Origin: Mobula hypostoma
Taxonomy: Eukaryota
Assembly: GCF_963921235.1 (NCBI RefSeq)
Contig: NC_086108.1
Span: 80,850,001-80,914,000, forward strand
Reading direction: 5' to 3'
Length of the DNA: 64,000 nt
This document shows positions 1 to 13,000 of the stretch, piece by piece (position 1 is the first letter of the stretch; the number at the start of each line of letters is the position of its first letter). The notes below the pieces were generated by a model that made no database searches, was not told the origin of the DNA, and saw only the letters and a program-made list of their open reading frames with translations. Position numbers and translations under genes: made by a program.

Positions 1-560
1 GATCTTGGAATCTACACAAATAGATAAGATGGCCAACAAGGCCAATGGTATGTTTGTCTTCATTGGTCAGGGCACGGTATAAGAGTCAGGACATTATGTT
101 GCAGCTGCACTTGGAACATTGTGTGCAACTCTGCTCACTCCATTACAGGAAGACCTTGGGAGCGGTGGAAAAGAGTTTTACGTGGATGCTGTTTGGATTA
201 GAGGATATGAGCTAGAGGGAAAGATTGAACAACCTTGGCCTGCTTTCTGTGGAACACTGGAGACTGATAAAAATTTATAAGCAGTATTGATAGGGTAGAC
301 AGAAACTTTTCCCCAGTTACTGGAGGAAATGCATTAAGGTGAGAGAGGAAAAGTTTAAAGAAGATGTGATATGCACATTTTTTTTTACACAGAAAGTGGC
401 AGGTGCCTGGAACAGGGTTCCAGTAGTAATAATGCAAGTAGATACAATTGTGGTGATTAGGAGGCTGTTACACATGAATGTGGAGGGAATTGTGGGATAT
501 GGACTATGTACAGGCAGAAACAAATTAATTTAGTTCAGCTTTGGGTTCAGGCTGAAGGGC
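1..560 (+). mobile_element. Degenerate CR1 LINE 3' fragment
   Basis: Remnant of the CR1 ORF2 C-terminus (FFTQKVAGAWNRVP) followed by CR1-type 3' UTR (ggctgaagggccctgttg); many stops. Confidence 0.75.
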
Positions 561-1765
561 CCTGTTGTTGTGCCATACTGTTCTATGGTCATAGCAGAAC
601 GAGCGAGGGAATGGGCTCCAAGATTGTCACAGACTGCTCTGGAGATCTGGAAGAGATACATCATTTGACAGATGTTTCATGGTGGATCAGGCCATTTCTT
701 GCTTTTTCAGGATAATAGGCCATACAACTAAAGGAGTCAATGGGGAGAGACGAGTGATTCTGAATGTCCCAGTTCCCCAGGCCATTTCTGGAATGTCCCA
801 TGCTGTGGCCAGGAGCAAGTCTGGAACCATTTAAGATAACTGTATCCCCACACCCATTTCTCTTTACATAGCAAAACATTGGTGCCTTATGAAATCTGCT
901 AGAAGGCCTGTGGTGTCTTGAAGAGTTCAATACCTGCTTGCTAGAGAGCAAGATAGCCTGTGTTTCTAGTGCAGAAGTAGGGGCTAACTCTGCTTGCACA
1001 CTTTTGAATCCAACTAAGGTTAAGTGGCTGATGACTGATACCATAGTTTCCATCCCAGCGCAAGCAACAGGGACCCACTGATACGGCCAAGCAAGCTTGA
1101 CTCCTGCCATTGAGCAGACTGAAAAGGAGTCTGCAAACTGTCATAGAGGTGTAGAATACTGCAGATCAGGGCTGCATGCAGTTTGCATTGAAATGATCAA
1201 AGGAGAGCAAAAAAACAGAGAGGAAGGCCAGGTGAATTCTGTGAGAAATCTGCAGGTCACCAAAGACACATGCCAAGCTTTAAATTCTCTGAGAAATTAC
1301 CTAAGAAGCAGAGGAAGGATATTCATTTGGCCAGAGTAGCAAAAGATCAAAATAGTTTGTAATATTGCAGAAATTGAAAGCTCCATATCAGGTCTCTGTT
1401 CCGGTGGGCTGGAACATCTAACCCACCTCTTTCTCCAGGATATCTGGCTTTCTTCACAACCGTTCACCAAAGACCTCCATTTTCACATCCAATCCCAGAA
1501 CCCAGACTCGGGTGTTTCTACAGTGAATCCCATGAAACCAAATTGTTTACAAGCCTGCACTAGAGCAATGAAATGAAGTATACTAAGGGCTGTATAACAA
1601 TAAATAACACCAATAGTTACTAATACTCCACAGGCATGATTTAAGTGTTAAAAGAACAAACGTCTTTTTTGTTGACGTTGCTTTTCCCGGTATCAAAGAC
1701 AACGTGATTACAAAAACACTTTTTTTAACATTTAAATCAGGCCATCATATCATGCCAGCATCAAA

Positions 1766-2010
1766 TATAGAGCATAGAACACTACAGCACAAAAAACAGG
1801 CCATTCGGCCCTTCCAGTCTGTGCCAAAACGTTATTCTGCTCGTCCCATTGACCTGCATCCAGTCCATAACCCTCCAGACCTCTCCCATCCATGTATCTA
1901 CCCAATTTATTCTTAAAACTGAAGAGTGAGCCTGCATTTACTACGTCAGATGGCAGTTCGTTCCACACTCCCACCACTCTCCGAGTGAAGAAGTTCCGCC
2001 TAAACCTTTC
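1766..2010 (-). mobile_element. CR1 LINE 3' end, 5'-truncated
   Basis: ORF 1750..2079 contains RNFFTRRVVGVWNELPSDVVNAGSLFSFKNKLGRYMD; TTCTATG-like tail at about 1766. Confidence 0.85.
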
Positions 2011-2378
2011 CCGCCTAATTTCATTTTTTGGCCAATCACCCCAACCAAATAAATAACACATTTGGTTTGTCATTTGCAAAACTCGAATAGCTGCTTCTGT
2101 TGCTGTGTTCCGGGTGGCTCTGTATTCTACAGCAGGGCTTCCAAGTCATTTTAGATGAAGGAAGTGCGTTTGGAGATAGCCTTCATTTCAAACTCGGGGC
2201 TCATTCATCTTTCCCACTAATCAATAAGGCCGGAGTTATGTGACCAAAGAATAACTACAGGTCGGACTCTAGGTGTCCCCCTAGAGCAAGTATTGGCGAT
2301 GCGCTGAGGAGGGCAGAAGAGCGGGCAGTCCCGTTCAGGCGGCCTCACTGCGTTCTCTGAAGGCAGCGTGCTTCATAC

Positions 2379-2448
2379 CTGGTCACTTTCAAAGGAGTGC
2401 CAGAGAGGAGAGCGAGTGAGGGAACTACTGCGCTAAACGCTTTATATA
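2379..2448 (-). promoter_or_regulatory. TATA box, Inr and 39-nt non-coding first exon of an unidentified leftward gene
   Basis: Minus strand: TATATAAA 2448-2441, Inr-like TCACT with A at 2417 (31 nt from the first T), donor CAG|GTATGA at 2379/2378. Confidence 0.55.
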
Positions 2449-2602
2449 CCCTTCTTCTTCTCATCACCCGCCACAACTGATCAGGAAATGCATCGGAATA
2501 TTTAATACATTATATTGTTTTCCATCAGGATGCGAAGCCCGAACCAATGGAGTAAGAACTATTCTGTTTGTAACAAGAATGTTTTCTTCTAGACCTGCAG
2601 GA

Positions 2603-2630
2603 ATGGGAGAAACCGGGAGAAACACTAAAG
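2603..2630 (+). CDS. Candidate first coding exon of the LRR-TM gene (MGETGRNTK+G, phase 1)
   Basis: GGAATGG start context; donor AAG|GTAAGA at 2630/2631; phase matches the acceptor at 19628/19629 and reads in frame into the 403-aa ORF. Confidence 0.45.
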
Positions 2631-4349
2631 GTAAGAGAACTCCTATTTACAAAGAGTTATTCTCTCGCTTCTTAAATTCACTTCGGAATTTTATACGGTG
2701 AGGTAAAGTGGAGATGTTTTAGAAGAGATTTGCAGTATATACAAGACGTATACGTCGAGAATATAGGTCCTCGCCTTCCAGTGGGAAGAAGTCCTGAAAC
2801 TATTCAATTAAAACCCTAATGCAAGCATCTCATTGCGAGGTGCGGAGTTTCATGCATTATTTTAGCGAGATGTTAAAACTTGCAGGTAAATACCAGGGAT
2901 TTTCAGGCTGAAAGCACGTGAGCTCGGAAACTGTCAGCACAGGGAAATGTCCAAGCTCAGGGAGAGAAGTTTGGGAGAGTCCGTGGGATAAACGGAAACC
3001 AAGACGTAGCGTGGAATCGGTCGGTTAAATGTGAGCACATTTCATCCGGGGACAAGTAAGGAAAACTATATTATTTCACTTCGTCAATCTGAGTCAACGC
3101 CGAATCAGCACTAATGAACCGAAATGAATACATTGGTGGGGTAAGGAAGTCGATAGTTTACGGGAAATAAAACTTTTCTCTTGGTCCCTTGCGCTCCGAT
3201 GATTGTTTTGGTGGCACCATGCCAAAATATTTAGGGTTTATATAATAAATTATATTTTGTAAAGTTAGGACTGGAAATAGCCATGTTTACTGTGTAGTCC
3301 AGGAAACGGTTTGCCATTTCTTCTCCTTTGTGTGGGCTTCGATCTCTGCCCACATTGGCGCTGTTGTGAGGGATTTAAAACCAAGGGACGCGAAACTATG
3401 CGAAGGCTAGATTACCAACGCGAAAACGCTATCAAATTACTGTAAGGGCATTCGCTTTCATTCTGCATTCCAGTCTGATCCTCAAAACACGGTCTTAAAT
3501 ATGTTCATCTTCCAATAGTCTTGTAGTACAGTCTGAAATACACTGGCAAACCCGTGCACCTGCCTGTGCGTCCTTCTCCTTTGAGGTTTAAAACTGAGCG
3601 TTAGGCTGGTTAGAGCTGCTTTTAGAAATTAACCTGCGGGAGAGGGCTTGTTTATAATCTTACTCACTTCCCGCATTGGCCGTGTCATCGCAAGGGGGAG
3701 TGGTGTGTATTGACAACAATAGCTGCTCCCAGGGTGCCTCAGACCAGTCGCTTTAACGAACAAAACAAACGAAGCAACTTTCAGCTTGCATTCTCGAGAG
3801 GGGAAAACACCCAAAATAAAATCTTGAAGGGAAGGGAGGAACACTATTCACGGACTCGGGTAATTCCTGTTGAGGTTCTCCTTCAGCATCCACTGAATCT
3901 GGGAAACTGGTGGAAAGTGACTCGTCACTTTCCCAAGACTTTCCCTAGCAGCCACAGTGAGACTACAGGTCTTTACATAAGGAAGGACACTGTGGAATTA
4001 TGGGAAGATGAGAGAAGATTCACTGGTCGGTTGGAGGGATTGTTTCATGAGAAACACTCTAGTTCTGTACTAATTAGTACATGTTGCGCCTGTAGTAATT
4101 GGAATTTAGAATGAGTTATGGAGTTGTATAGCACAGAACAAGTTATTCTGCCCAGATCAACCAATGTGCCTTTCTGAGCTAGTTCTGTTTGCCTCCATTT
4201 GGTTCAAATCCCTCTAAACCTTCCTATCCATAAATCTGTACAAATGCCCTTTAAATTCTGCAACTGTACCCACATCCACTGCTTTGACTAGCAGCTTGTT
4301 CCATAAACGCACCATTATCTGCGTGACTTTTCATTTTTTCACTCTCACT

Positions 4350-4700
4350 TTCCACCAGTCTCCCAGCTTCAGTAGATGCTGAAGGAGAGCCTCATCTGGA
4401 ATTGTCCGAGTGCATTTTGGGCAGTAATGAAGGTCCTCCATCTCCCTCTGCCTAAACCATCACACACAGATATAGAAGGATTCTACATTGCTGTTTCGGT
4501 AACAATTTTGCTTTACCAGTCAAGATTGTTAGCCCTGAGCTGAACCCCCAAATGTGGTGGTCTGGTGGACCATTCTTAGTCGGCTTTGACCCTTTGACCT
4601 GTTTGGCATGGGCGACCATACCAAGAGCCAAAGCATAAAGGCCTGACTCCAGGCAACACAGCTCTCTGGGTCATTGAGGCACACAGGCCTCCAAACCCAA
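4350..4700 (-). mobile_element. Possible RTE-clade LINE 5' UTR remnant
   Basis: Minus strand ggtcgcccatgccaaacaggtc...gactaagaatggtcc...gggggttcagctcagggctaacaa resembles RTE 5' ends from memory; no ORF. Confidence 0.4.
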
Positions 4701-4780
4701 TGTGCTAGCTACTACTCTACCACTTAGAGTGTTCATTCAAGGAAAAGAATTCCTGGACTCTCAGTCTCTCCTTTCCATGT

Positions 4781-5631
4781 AGCTACACATGCCCTTACAC
4801 TTCCTCCCTTAGTGCTACACACGCCCTTACACTTCCTCCCTTACCACCATTCAGGGCCCCAAACAGTCCTTCCAGGTGAGGCAACACTTCACCTGTGAGT
4901 CGGCTGGGGTGATATACTGTGTCCGGTGCTCCCGATGTGTCCTTCTATATATTGGCGAGACCTGACGCAGACTGGGAGATCGCTTTGCTGAACACCTACG
5001 CTCTGTCCGCCAGAGAAAGCAGGATCTCCCAGTGGCCACACATTTTAATTCCACATCCCATTCCCATTCTGATATGTCTATCCACGGCCTCCTCTACTGT
5101 AAAGATGAAGCCACACTCAGGTTGGAGGAACAACACCTTATATTCCGTCTGGGTAGCCTCCAACCTGATGGCATGAACATCGACTTCTCTAACTTCCACT
5201 AATGCCCCACCTCCCTCTCGTACCCCATCTGTTACTTATTTTTATACACACATTCTTTCTCTCACTCTCCTTTTTCTCCCTCTGTCCCTCTGAATATACC
5301 CCTTGCCCATCCTCTGGGTCCCACCCCCCCCTTGTCTTTCTTCCCGGACCTCCTGTCCCATGATCCTCTCGTATCCCTTTTGCCTATCACCTGTCCAGCT
5401 CTTGGCTCCATCCCTCCCCCTCCTCTCTTCTCCTATCATTTTGGATCTCCCCCTCCCCCTCCAACTTTCAAATCCCTTACTCACTCTTCCTTCAGTTAGT
5501 CCTGACGAAGGGTCTCGGCCTGGAACATCAACTGCACCTCTTCCTAGAGATGTTGCCTGGCCTGCTGCGTTCACCAGCAACTTTTATGTGTGTTGCTTGA
5601 ATTTCCAGCATCTGCAGAATTCCTGTTGTTT
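4781..5631 (+). mobile_element. Penelope-like element 3' part (GIY-YIG endonuclease plus terminal repeat)
   Basis: FTCESAGVIYCVRCSRCVLLYIGET* ... PVATHFN ... LGSLQPDGMN with one premature TGA; pyrimidine-rich UTR; hammerhead remnant CTGACGA at 5502-5508. Confidence 0.9.
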
Positions 5632-5989
5632 GCGTCATTATAGAGCCTAATGGCTGAGGGTAAGAATGACTTCATATAGTGCTCTTTGGAGCAGCACAGT
5701 TGTCTTAGTCTATTACTAAGTGTTCCTTTGTTTAGCCAAGGTGGTATGCAGAGGGTGAGAAACACTGATGAAGACAAGCCTTCTTCATTATTTTCTGGGA
5801 ACTATGTACTTGTACCTTGAAGTCTCTCTGTTCATCACATTGCCCTGGGCCCTATAATTCACTGTGCATGTACTTGCATCACTTCACACTTATCTGAATT
5901 AAATTCCATCTGCCATTCCAATGCCCACTTTCTCAGTTGATCTAGATTCTGATGTAAAGTTAGATAACCTTCTTCGCTATAAAACCAAC

Positions 5990-7050
5990 ACCACTATTTT
6001 ACAATGCTTCCCTATGTTGTTATCCTGCATTCCCATCCACCTACATTCACAGCTCTCTACTCCCTCTACATTCCCAACTGTGTGAATAAATCCTGCACTA
6101 ACTCCATCTACAGTTTTGCAGGTGATACCACTATAATGGGCAATATCTCAAACAATTATGAGTCAGTGTAGAAGGAGGGAATAGAGAGCCTAGAAACAAC
6201 TACCTTTCCCTCAATGTCAGCAAAACAAAGGAGTTGGTTTGGATTTGGGCGACTGTCAGGAAGAACATAAGAAAAAGGAGCAGGAGTAGGCTATCTGGCC
6301 CATCAAGCCTGCTCCACTATTCAATAAGATCATGGCTGATCTAGCCATAGACTCATCTCTACCTACCTGCTTTTTCCCTGTAACCCTTAATTCCCCTGAA
6401 GGGGACAGTGCAGGTGTCTCTGTTTACATCAAGGCTGCTGAGGTCTTGAGAGTTAACAGTTTCAAGTCCATTGGAGGCTAGAGAAATTTGGAATGTCCTC
6501 TTTGACTCTCAACAATCTTATCAAAGTACCAAACATAGCATCCTATTGAGATGCATCGCAGCTTGGAATGGCAACTGCTGTGTACATCAGCACAAGAAAC
6601 TGCAGAGAATTGTGGACACAGCTCAGCGCATCATGGAAACCAGCCTCTCCTCCTTGGATTTTGTCCACATTTCACTGTCTCAGTTGATGAAAAATCCCAC
6701 CCACCATGGATAATCTCTTCTCCCCTCTCATTGGTCAGAAGATATTAAAACCTGAAAGCATGTACCACCAAGATCAAGGACAGCTTCTATTCCTTCATTA
6801 TAAATCCATTGAACAGTCCCCTGGTATGATAAGATGGACTCTTGACCTCACAATCTATCTCATTACTGTTGGCCTGCTCTGCACTTTCTCTACACTGTAA
6901 CACTTTATTCTGCACTCTGTTATTGTTTTACCTTTTACTATCTCAATGCACTGATATAATGAATTGATCCATATGGACAGTATTCAAGATAAGTTGTTCT
7001 CTGCACTTCAATACATGTGACAATAACAAATCAATCTCCAATTTCTAATT
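5990..7050 (+). mobile_element. Degenerate Rex1/Babar-like LINE, interrupted by a CR1 tail (about 6262-6397, -)
   Basis: FADDT-like and LNVSKTKEL remnants; CIAAWNGNC..KKLQRIVDTAQRI in ORF 6471..6713. Confidence 0.7.
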
Positions 7051-7054
7051 CAAA

Positions 7055-7610
7055 TTGACAATGCGGATGTTAAACAACAGGGGATTTAGCTGTGGTACAT
7101 TATTGGTTACAAGCCTTCAATTTGAAAAACAGCCTTCCACAACCATCACTGTCTCCTTCCATCAAACCCACGTGGTTTCCACCTGGGTCCCATTTGATCT
7201 CACCTTCCAGACCAGCCTACCATGCAGAACCTTGTCAAAAGCCTTGATGAACTTCACCTAGATAATATCTACCACCTTGCCCTCATCAATATTCATGATC
7301 ACCTCTTCAAAAATCTCAATCAAATTTGTGAGACATGACTTTCTATCTGCAAAGTCATGTTGACTATCTCTAATCAGCCCTTGCCTTTCCAAATGTAGAT
7401 AGATCCTGATTCTCGCAATCTTCTCCAGTAACTTTAATATCACCGATGTTAGGCCCCTGACTATAGTTCTCTGGCTTGTCCTTGCAGGTGTTCTTAAATA
7501 AAGGATTAACATTAACCACCCTCCAGTCTTCTAACAAAGACACAAAAATCTTGGCAAGGGCCCCAACAATTTCTCTCTTACTCCCCAAAACATCTTTGGA
7601 TACCTCTGGA
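7055..7610 (-). mobile_element. CR1 RT fragment; continues at about 5800-5995
   Basis: LERQGLIRDSQHDF..KSCLTNLIEIFEEV; EDWRVVNVNPLFK...KPENY. Confidence 0.85.
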
Positions 7611-9109
7611 CATGAGAAGTGATTTTATTGAAGCATTTCATATTTTAAGGAATATTGATAAAGAAGGGAGAGGATGCTTCTCCTGTTTGGGGAAATATAA
7701 CTCATTTAGGATAGAGATGGGAAATGCCTATCAGCAGTTCATGGACCTTTGGAATCCTCTTCCAAAGAGCTGTGGAGGCCTAGAGAGATTTCTGGATTTA
7801 TAAGGGCATCAAGGATATGGATTAGTTAAGAAAATGGAATTGAAGTAATCAATCAGGTGATCTTATTAAATGGCACTGAAGAACCTTACGGTCTATTGCT
7901 GCTTCTAATTCTTGATACTTTGTTAAATGTAGCTGTTGTTGTAATGTGAAAAAGTATCCTGCAACTGAATTTGTAACTAGTTCATTATTTTTATTGAGGT
8001 TTTGATCAGAAGGGGCCTGCATTACTACTGCTTCATCTGCAGTGTTGCATTATGGGATGTGTTGACAAGGATCTTGATGGTTCCCAGGAAATGAAACTGA
8101 GCTCCCCAAGTTTAAGTGTATTCCAAAGACTAAATTAGTGAGAAGGTCCTAAAATCCTGAAGACAGAAGAAATGCAAATTCTAACGCAGTGTCTCAAACA
8201 TAAATGTCAACATTTCCTCTCCCCTCACAAATACTGAACAACCCTTTTCCTCCAGCCATTTTCCCCCCTGAAGTCGTATATCCACTTACCTATGAAATTC
8301 TTTTAGAATTTACCTATGAAATTCTTTTAGAATTGGCTTTTTCTGCCAATGACTAAGTGCAGTGATCACGCGGTATCCCATCTTAGTGCTTTGAGATCTT
8401 TTAGTCAACACATGTAACTTACCTAGAATGAGGAACTCTGGCTGAAACGTGGATGTTCATTCAGAAGAATCAAGTCAGAACAACTGACTATTGCCTTTTC
8501 CCACACTTTGGTATCTACATGCTTTCCTGGTGACTTGTCTCCTAAGTAATGTAACGTCTTTGACTGTCTGAAGCAGTCTGAGATCATGGAATTAAGCCCA
8601 CTTAAGCCAAGCTGCTCTTGACAGGCAAGCACATTCACGCTGTAGCCCAGAAAGGACATCAACAACTCCATCAGTACAGCCAATTTAATCCTCACTCTGG
8701 AGCTAGCTGTTAGTTAGAAACTCAGAAACTAAAGTCCAAGTAAAATGTAAATCACAAAGTATACTCTTAACAAAAAAGATAAATGAAGACATCTAAATTT
8801 ATCTCAGTTCCTCATGTTTATAATATACAGGGCGTTTGCACTACTAATATGTTTGCATTTGTAACATCACCGCATCTAAAAGGCCAATTTGCTCTTTGCA
8901 ATAGATCAGACCAGATGACACATTCTGTTAGTGTCATTATCAACTTTAACTAAATGTGGTTACACTCTCACCCCTGAGTCAGACAGTTGTAGATTCAAGA
9001 CCCATCCCAGAGGAATCTATACAGCAGTGAAGTCAAGAACATAAAACTCTGGCCTGATTTTTATTCCAAAGTGGAACAATGTAAAGATCCCAGTGCACTG
9101 ACGGCTCAC

Positions 9110-10080
9110 CCATGGAGAGAATGGGTAGGCAGGGCTGTTTTCCCTGGAGAATAGGAAGCTGAGAGGGAACCTTATAATGGTTTATAAAATCATGAGGGCT
9201 GTGGATAAGGTGAATGGTCTCAGACTTTTTCCCAGGGTAGAGGAGTCTGCAGCTAGAGGCCATGGGTTTAAGGTGAGAGGGGAAAGAGTTAAAAGGGATG
9301 TTATAGCTGTATATTTTTTCAAGTTCAATTTGTAGTCATTCAACTGTACACATGTATACCGCCAAACGAAACAACGTTCCTCCGGACCAAGGTACATAAC
9401 ACAGTATATATAACTCACACACACAGTACATAAAATGGTATTAACACAAATAAATTTAACAATTAATAAGATGCGTTTTCGACACAAGTTAAAAAGTAAA
9501 CAGTAAAGGGCTACTGACACTTCATACGTGATGAGACCCTGATGCTGGCAGGGAGTTCGGTAGTCTTATAGCCTGGAGGAGGAAGCTGTTTCCCATCCTA
9601 TTAGTTCTTGTCCTAATGCTATGTTACCTCCTGCCTGATGATAGGGGTTCAAAGAGATTGTCGGATGGATGGGAGGGATCATTGATAATGCAAAGGGCCT
9701 TATCAAATACAGTGGTCCTGGTGAGTATCTCGGACGAGGGAAGAGAGACCTCAACGATCCTTTCAGGAGTCCTTGCAATCCTCTGTAGGGAGTTGTGGTC
9801 AGATGCCTTGCAATTTCCATGATGCTGCTGGTCAGGACACTCTCGATGGCTCACCTGTAAAAATTGGTTAGAACGGGGGTGGGGGGAGGGGATAGGGTTC
9901 ACTTAGGGCACTTAGTGGTTATATGGAATGAGCTACCAGAGGAAGTGGTAGAGGCAGGTACAATTATAAAGTTTAAAAGACATATGGGCAGCTACTTAAA
10001 TAGAAAAGGGTTTAGAAGCACATGTGCCAAGTTGGGCTGAAAGGTCTGCTTACGTGCTCTGTAACTCTATATCTCTAAGT
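9110..10080 (+). mobile_element. CR1 3' fragment containing an antisense Rex1/Babar-like insert (about 9320-9870)
   Basis: CR1 tail sequence resumes after 9900; insert translates as LQRIARTPERIVEVSLPS...INDPSHPS..LFEPLSSGRR. Confidence 0.75.
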
Positions 10081-13000
10081 ATAAATGGATCAATCAATTT
10101 TTGACTATTAAAGGAATCTAGGAATATGGAGTGATATTTAAAGGTCAGCATTGAACTCAGCATGGGGCTGAAATTCATACATAATTATGTTAAAGCATCT
10201 TGGTTTAACCAGTCTGTTAAAAGCTGCAATTTTTTTGCATCTGCTCTCAGATCCTGCAGGTGCTGTCCTCAGTAGCAGGGAGTTGGTGGACATGGGGTGG
10301 AGATAGATAGTAAATCAGCTGTGATCGAATGGCTGAGTAGACTGATTCTGATCCTATGTCATATGGTCTTACGTGTCAGGGAGTGTGGTTACAGGGAAAT
10401 TAAACGTGGGAATAGAATTGATAGGATTGCTCTGAGAGCTGTAATAGATCTGATGGGCTGAATAGCCCCATCCTACATCATCAGAAAATATGGACGAGTA
10501 TAATATGAAGCAAGGTGTGGGAAGTTGAACAGAGCATCTTAGGGAGAAGATTAGGAACAGGTCTTCTGGCTGTCATATAACCTTCATGATCCTAATATTA
10601 ATTAGGACCTGTTCCTAATATTAATGACTTGGAAACTGAAAAGTGGCAAAAAGCTTCAAATGCAAATAATTTAGAGAGGTAAAAAGTATTTAGGCAGTAA
10701 ATGTACAGTACTGTATTTTGTACACAACTCCCTATTTAGGCTTGCTCTTTAAAGGGGATCAAAATGTTTTCAACTTGTAAAATAACTGAATAATTATCTC
10801 CAACTAATACAGAATTTCTTGTTATTGCTTAACTGAGTTGTTCATAAAGTTTATTACAGGAAACTCATACTTCAATGCCTTTCTGGCACTCAGGAAAGGG
10901 TGTGGGTACAGATGGAATTCCTAATGGCACAGGGTTAAGATAAGGCAGTTTTTATTCAATGTGCTATTATTATCAGGACTCTTATCATGCTTCTACTAAA
11001 GTTGGACTTGATAAACTCCAACAATATGTTTTACAATAAAAGAAAGCATGTATTCTAGTTTCAGGAAAGTTCCAAAATAATTCATTTTATACTGACTGGC
11101 GTCAATGTGTGTTGACAGGACATATTTAATGGAAAATATTCCTTCTCTGTCGCACCCTCCTCAATAAAGCCACTAATGAATCCATAGCTGACGGTCTGAA
11201 GCAATTAATGAGTTAGGTGAGGAAAAATCATGCTGAGTTTTTTTTCCATATTGTAGTTAATCTTGTTAGCTAAAATGCAAGTTTTTTTTTAAGCTGAATG
11301 GTATCTTGTGGGTTTACTGTTGCCCTGTGGGAATATTTTTTTTTAATTGACCACAATGTCAACAATCTGAGCAAAAGCAGCACACACAAGACGCTGGAGG
11401 AACTGTGCAGGTTAGGCTGAGACTCTTCTTCAGGACTGAGCAAAAAGTGGCCATTGGGTGTGCTGGCAATGCGGCAGTGATTGGGACCAAAGTGAGATCT
11501 GGTGGCTGATTTAAAGTACCCCAGCCCTAAGAGATCCACAGGAAAGCATCTACAACCCAGAAACCTCAAACTCCTTCTCCAGTCATGCCCCCAGCTGTCA
11601 GCAATAATGTTGCTAACTTACAATCACATGGTATTTCCAATTGTATGATAATGTCAGCCAATAGTTGAATATCAATAACATTCAAATTTGGCTTGACAGC
11701 TAATATTTGCATTGCAGAATGCCGGGTGATGACTGTTTTGAAAGTGCCTGCCTTGACAAGTCATTGCGGAGTCCCACACGGTTAACTTTGTGTGTGCGGG
11801 GAATGGTGGTTACTATAGTGCACAATGACCATCGATCAGAAGGTAAATTAGACCAGACCAGATGATAAGGGAATGGGAGGCATTGCAATGATAAAGCCTG
11901 GGGAGGAGCAGAGAATCTGAAGTTGGCACAATGAATCACCAGAACGGAAGAGTACAGCGTGTCTAGCCAGCGACCAAGGGCAGCAGAGACTGGTTAGCTT
12001 TCAATTAGTCCCCGATAATCTGTCATGTAGCTGTTCCATACCCAAGATATGGCTCACTAGTTATGGTCAAATCATGGACACAGTCCTTCTATTCATAAAA
12101 AGATTGAGATGGTATTGTTAGGAGTCATTTTGGACATTTTTCAGGAATTATGGACTAAAGGGAGCAGCTAGTTAATTAAGAGTATACTAATAAACTCTTC
12201 TTGGGCACAGTTTGTCACTGAAATGTCGGTTAAAATCAAAGCTGTACCCAGCTGGTAGCCGGAGAAGAGTTTATTCATCATATACACCAGTAAAGTACTA
12301 GATCCTGTTTAAAAAGAAACTGTTCATAATTTAACTTCCACTGATACTTTAAGGCCATCGATACCAGTCATCATATGTGTAATATTCTCATTCTGTACCA
12401 TGGAAACTAAACAGGGGAAGACAAGTAATGTACGTTCATGTTAATCCTTGAAGCCTTCGTGCCTTCATGATGAGATCAGAGGGCAATATGCAACCATCAC
12501 CTGAGATAACACATCATTAAAGACATAACCATTCCACTTAATACACAGTTCAGGACATGTCTGTTTTGTCAGTTAATATTCCAGCCATTTCGATATTTAG
12601 GGAGCCATCTCATCAACATAACAAGAGAAGTATACTTGGATGTCTATCTTTTTTCCTAGAATCCCTTGGACTAGTCACTGTTATTTAAATATTGAAAAGG
12701 GTTCTACAAGTTGAGATGTACACCTATTGTAAAGATGTATTTCTGTAAAGTTACCTGTCTGCACTGAAAATGCTAAGTAGGAAATTATAGTCACTGAAGT
12801 TTCAGTTTGTTGCTTATTGTTCAGTATTTAAAAAGTATAAAATGCCAGTACGCGGTTGAAGGAGAGGAGAAATAGATTCTCCAGAAGACCAGCTTGCATG
12901 AGCTTTGGTCTCTAGTGGTTTTGTCACAGTCACGGCAGTACAATGGTTTTCACCTGCAATTTCCATAGTTTTTGAGCTGTAATCTGCACCGTGCTGAAGG

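Larger units (their letters stand above)
2250..3870. promoter_or_regulatory. CpG-enriched, TE-free block; putative divergent promoter and first-intron enhancer
   Basis: CpG visibly more frequent than in flanking DNA; TATA at 2441-2448, CCAAT near 2544, E-box CACGTG near 2915, AP-1 TGAGTCA near 3090, ETS-like cores (CACTTCC near 3666). Confidence 0.55.

Noticed and set aside
2529..2551. Extra micro-exon (cag|GATG...GGA|gtaag)
   Set aside because: Would need an intron of about 40-49 nt to the next acceptor, too short for a typical vertebrate intron
3710..4114. 134-aa ORF
   Set aside because: Non-ATG start and no recognisable domain; likely a chance ORF
8286..8333. 23-bp tandem duplication (similar ones at about 4781-4845 and 63941-63985)
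   Set aside because: Two-copy local duplications with no spacers; no evidence of function
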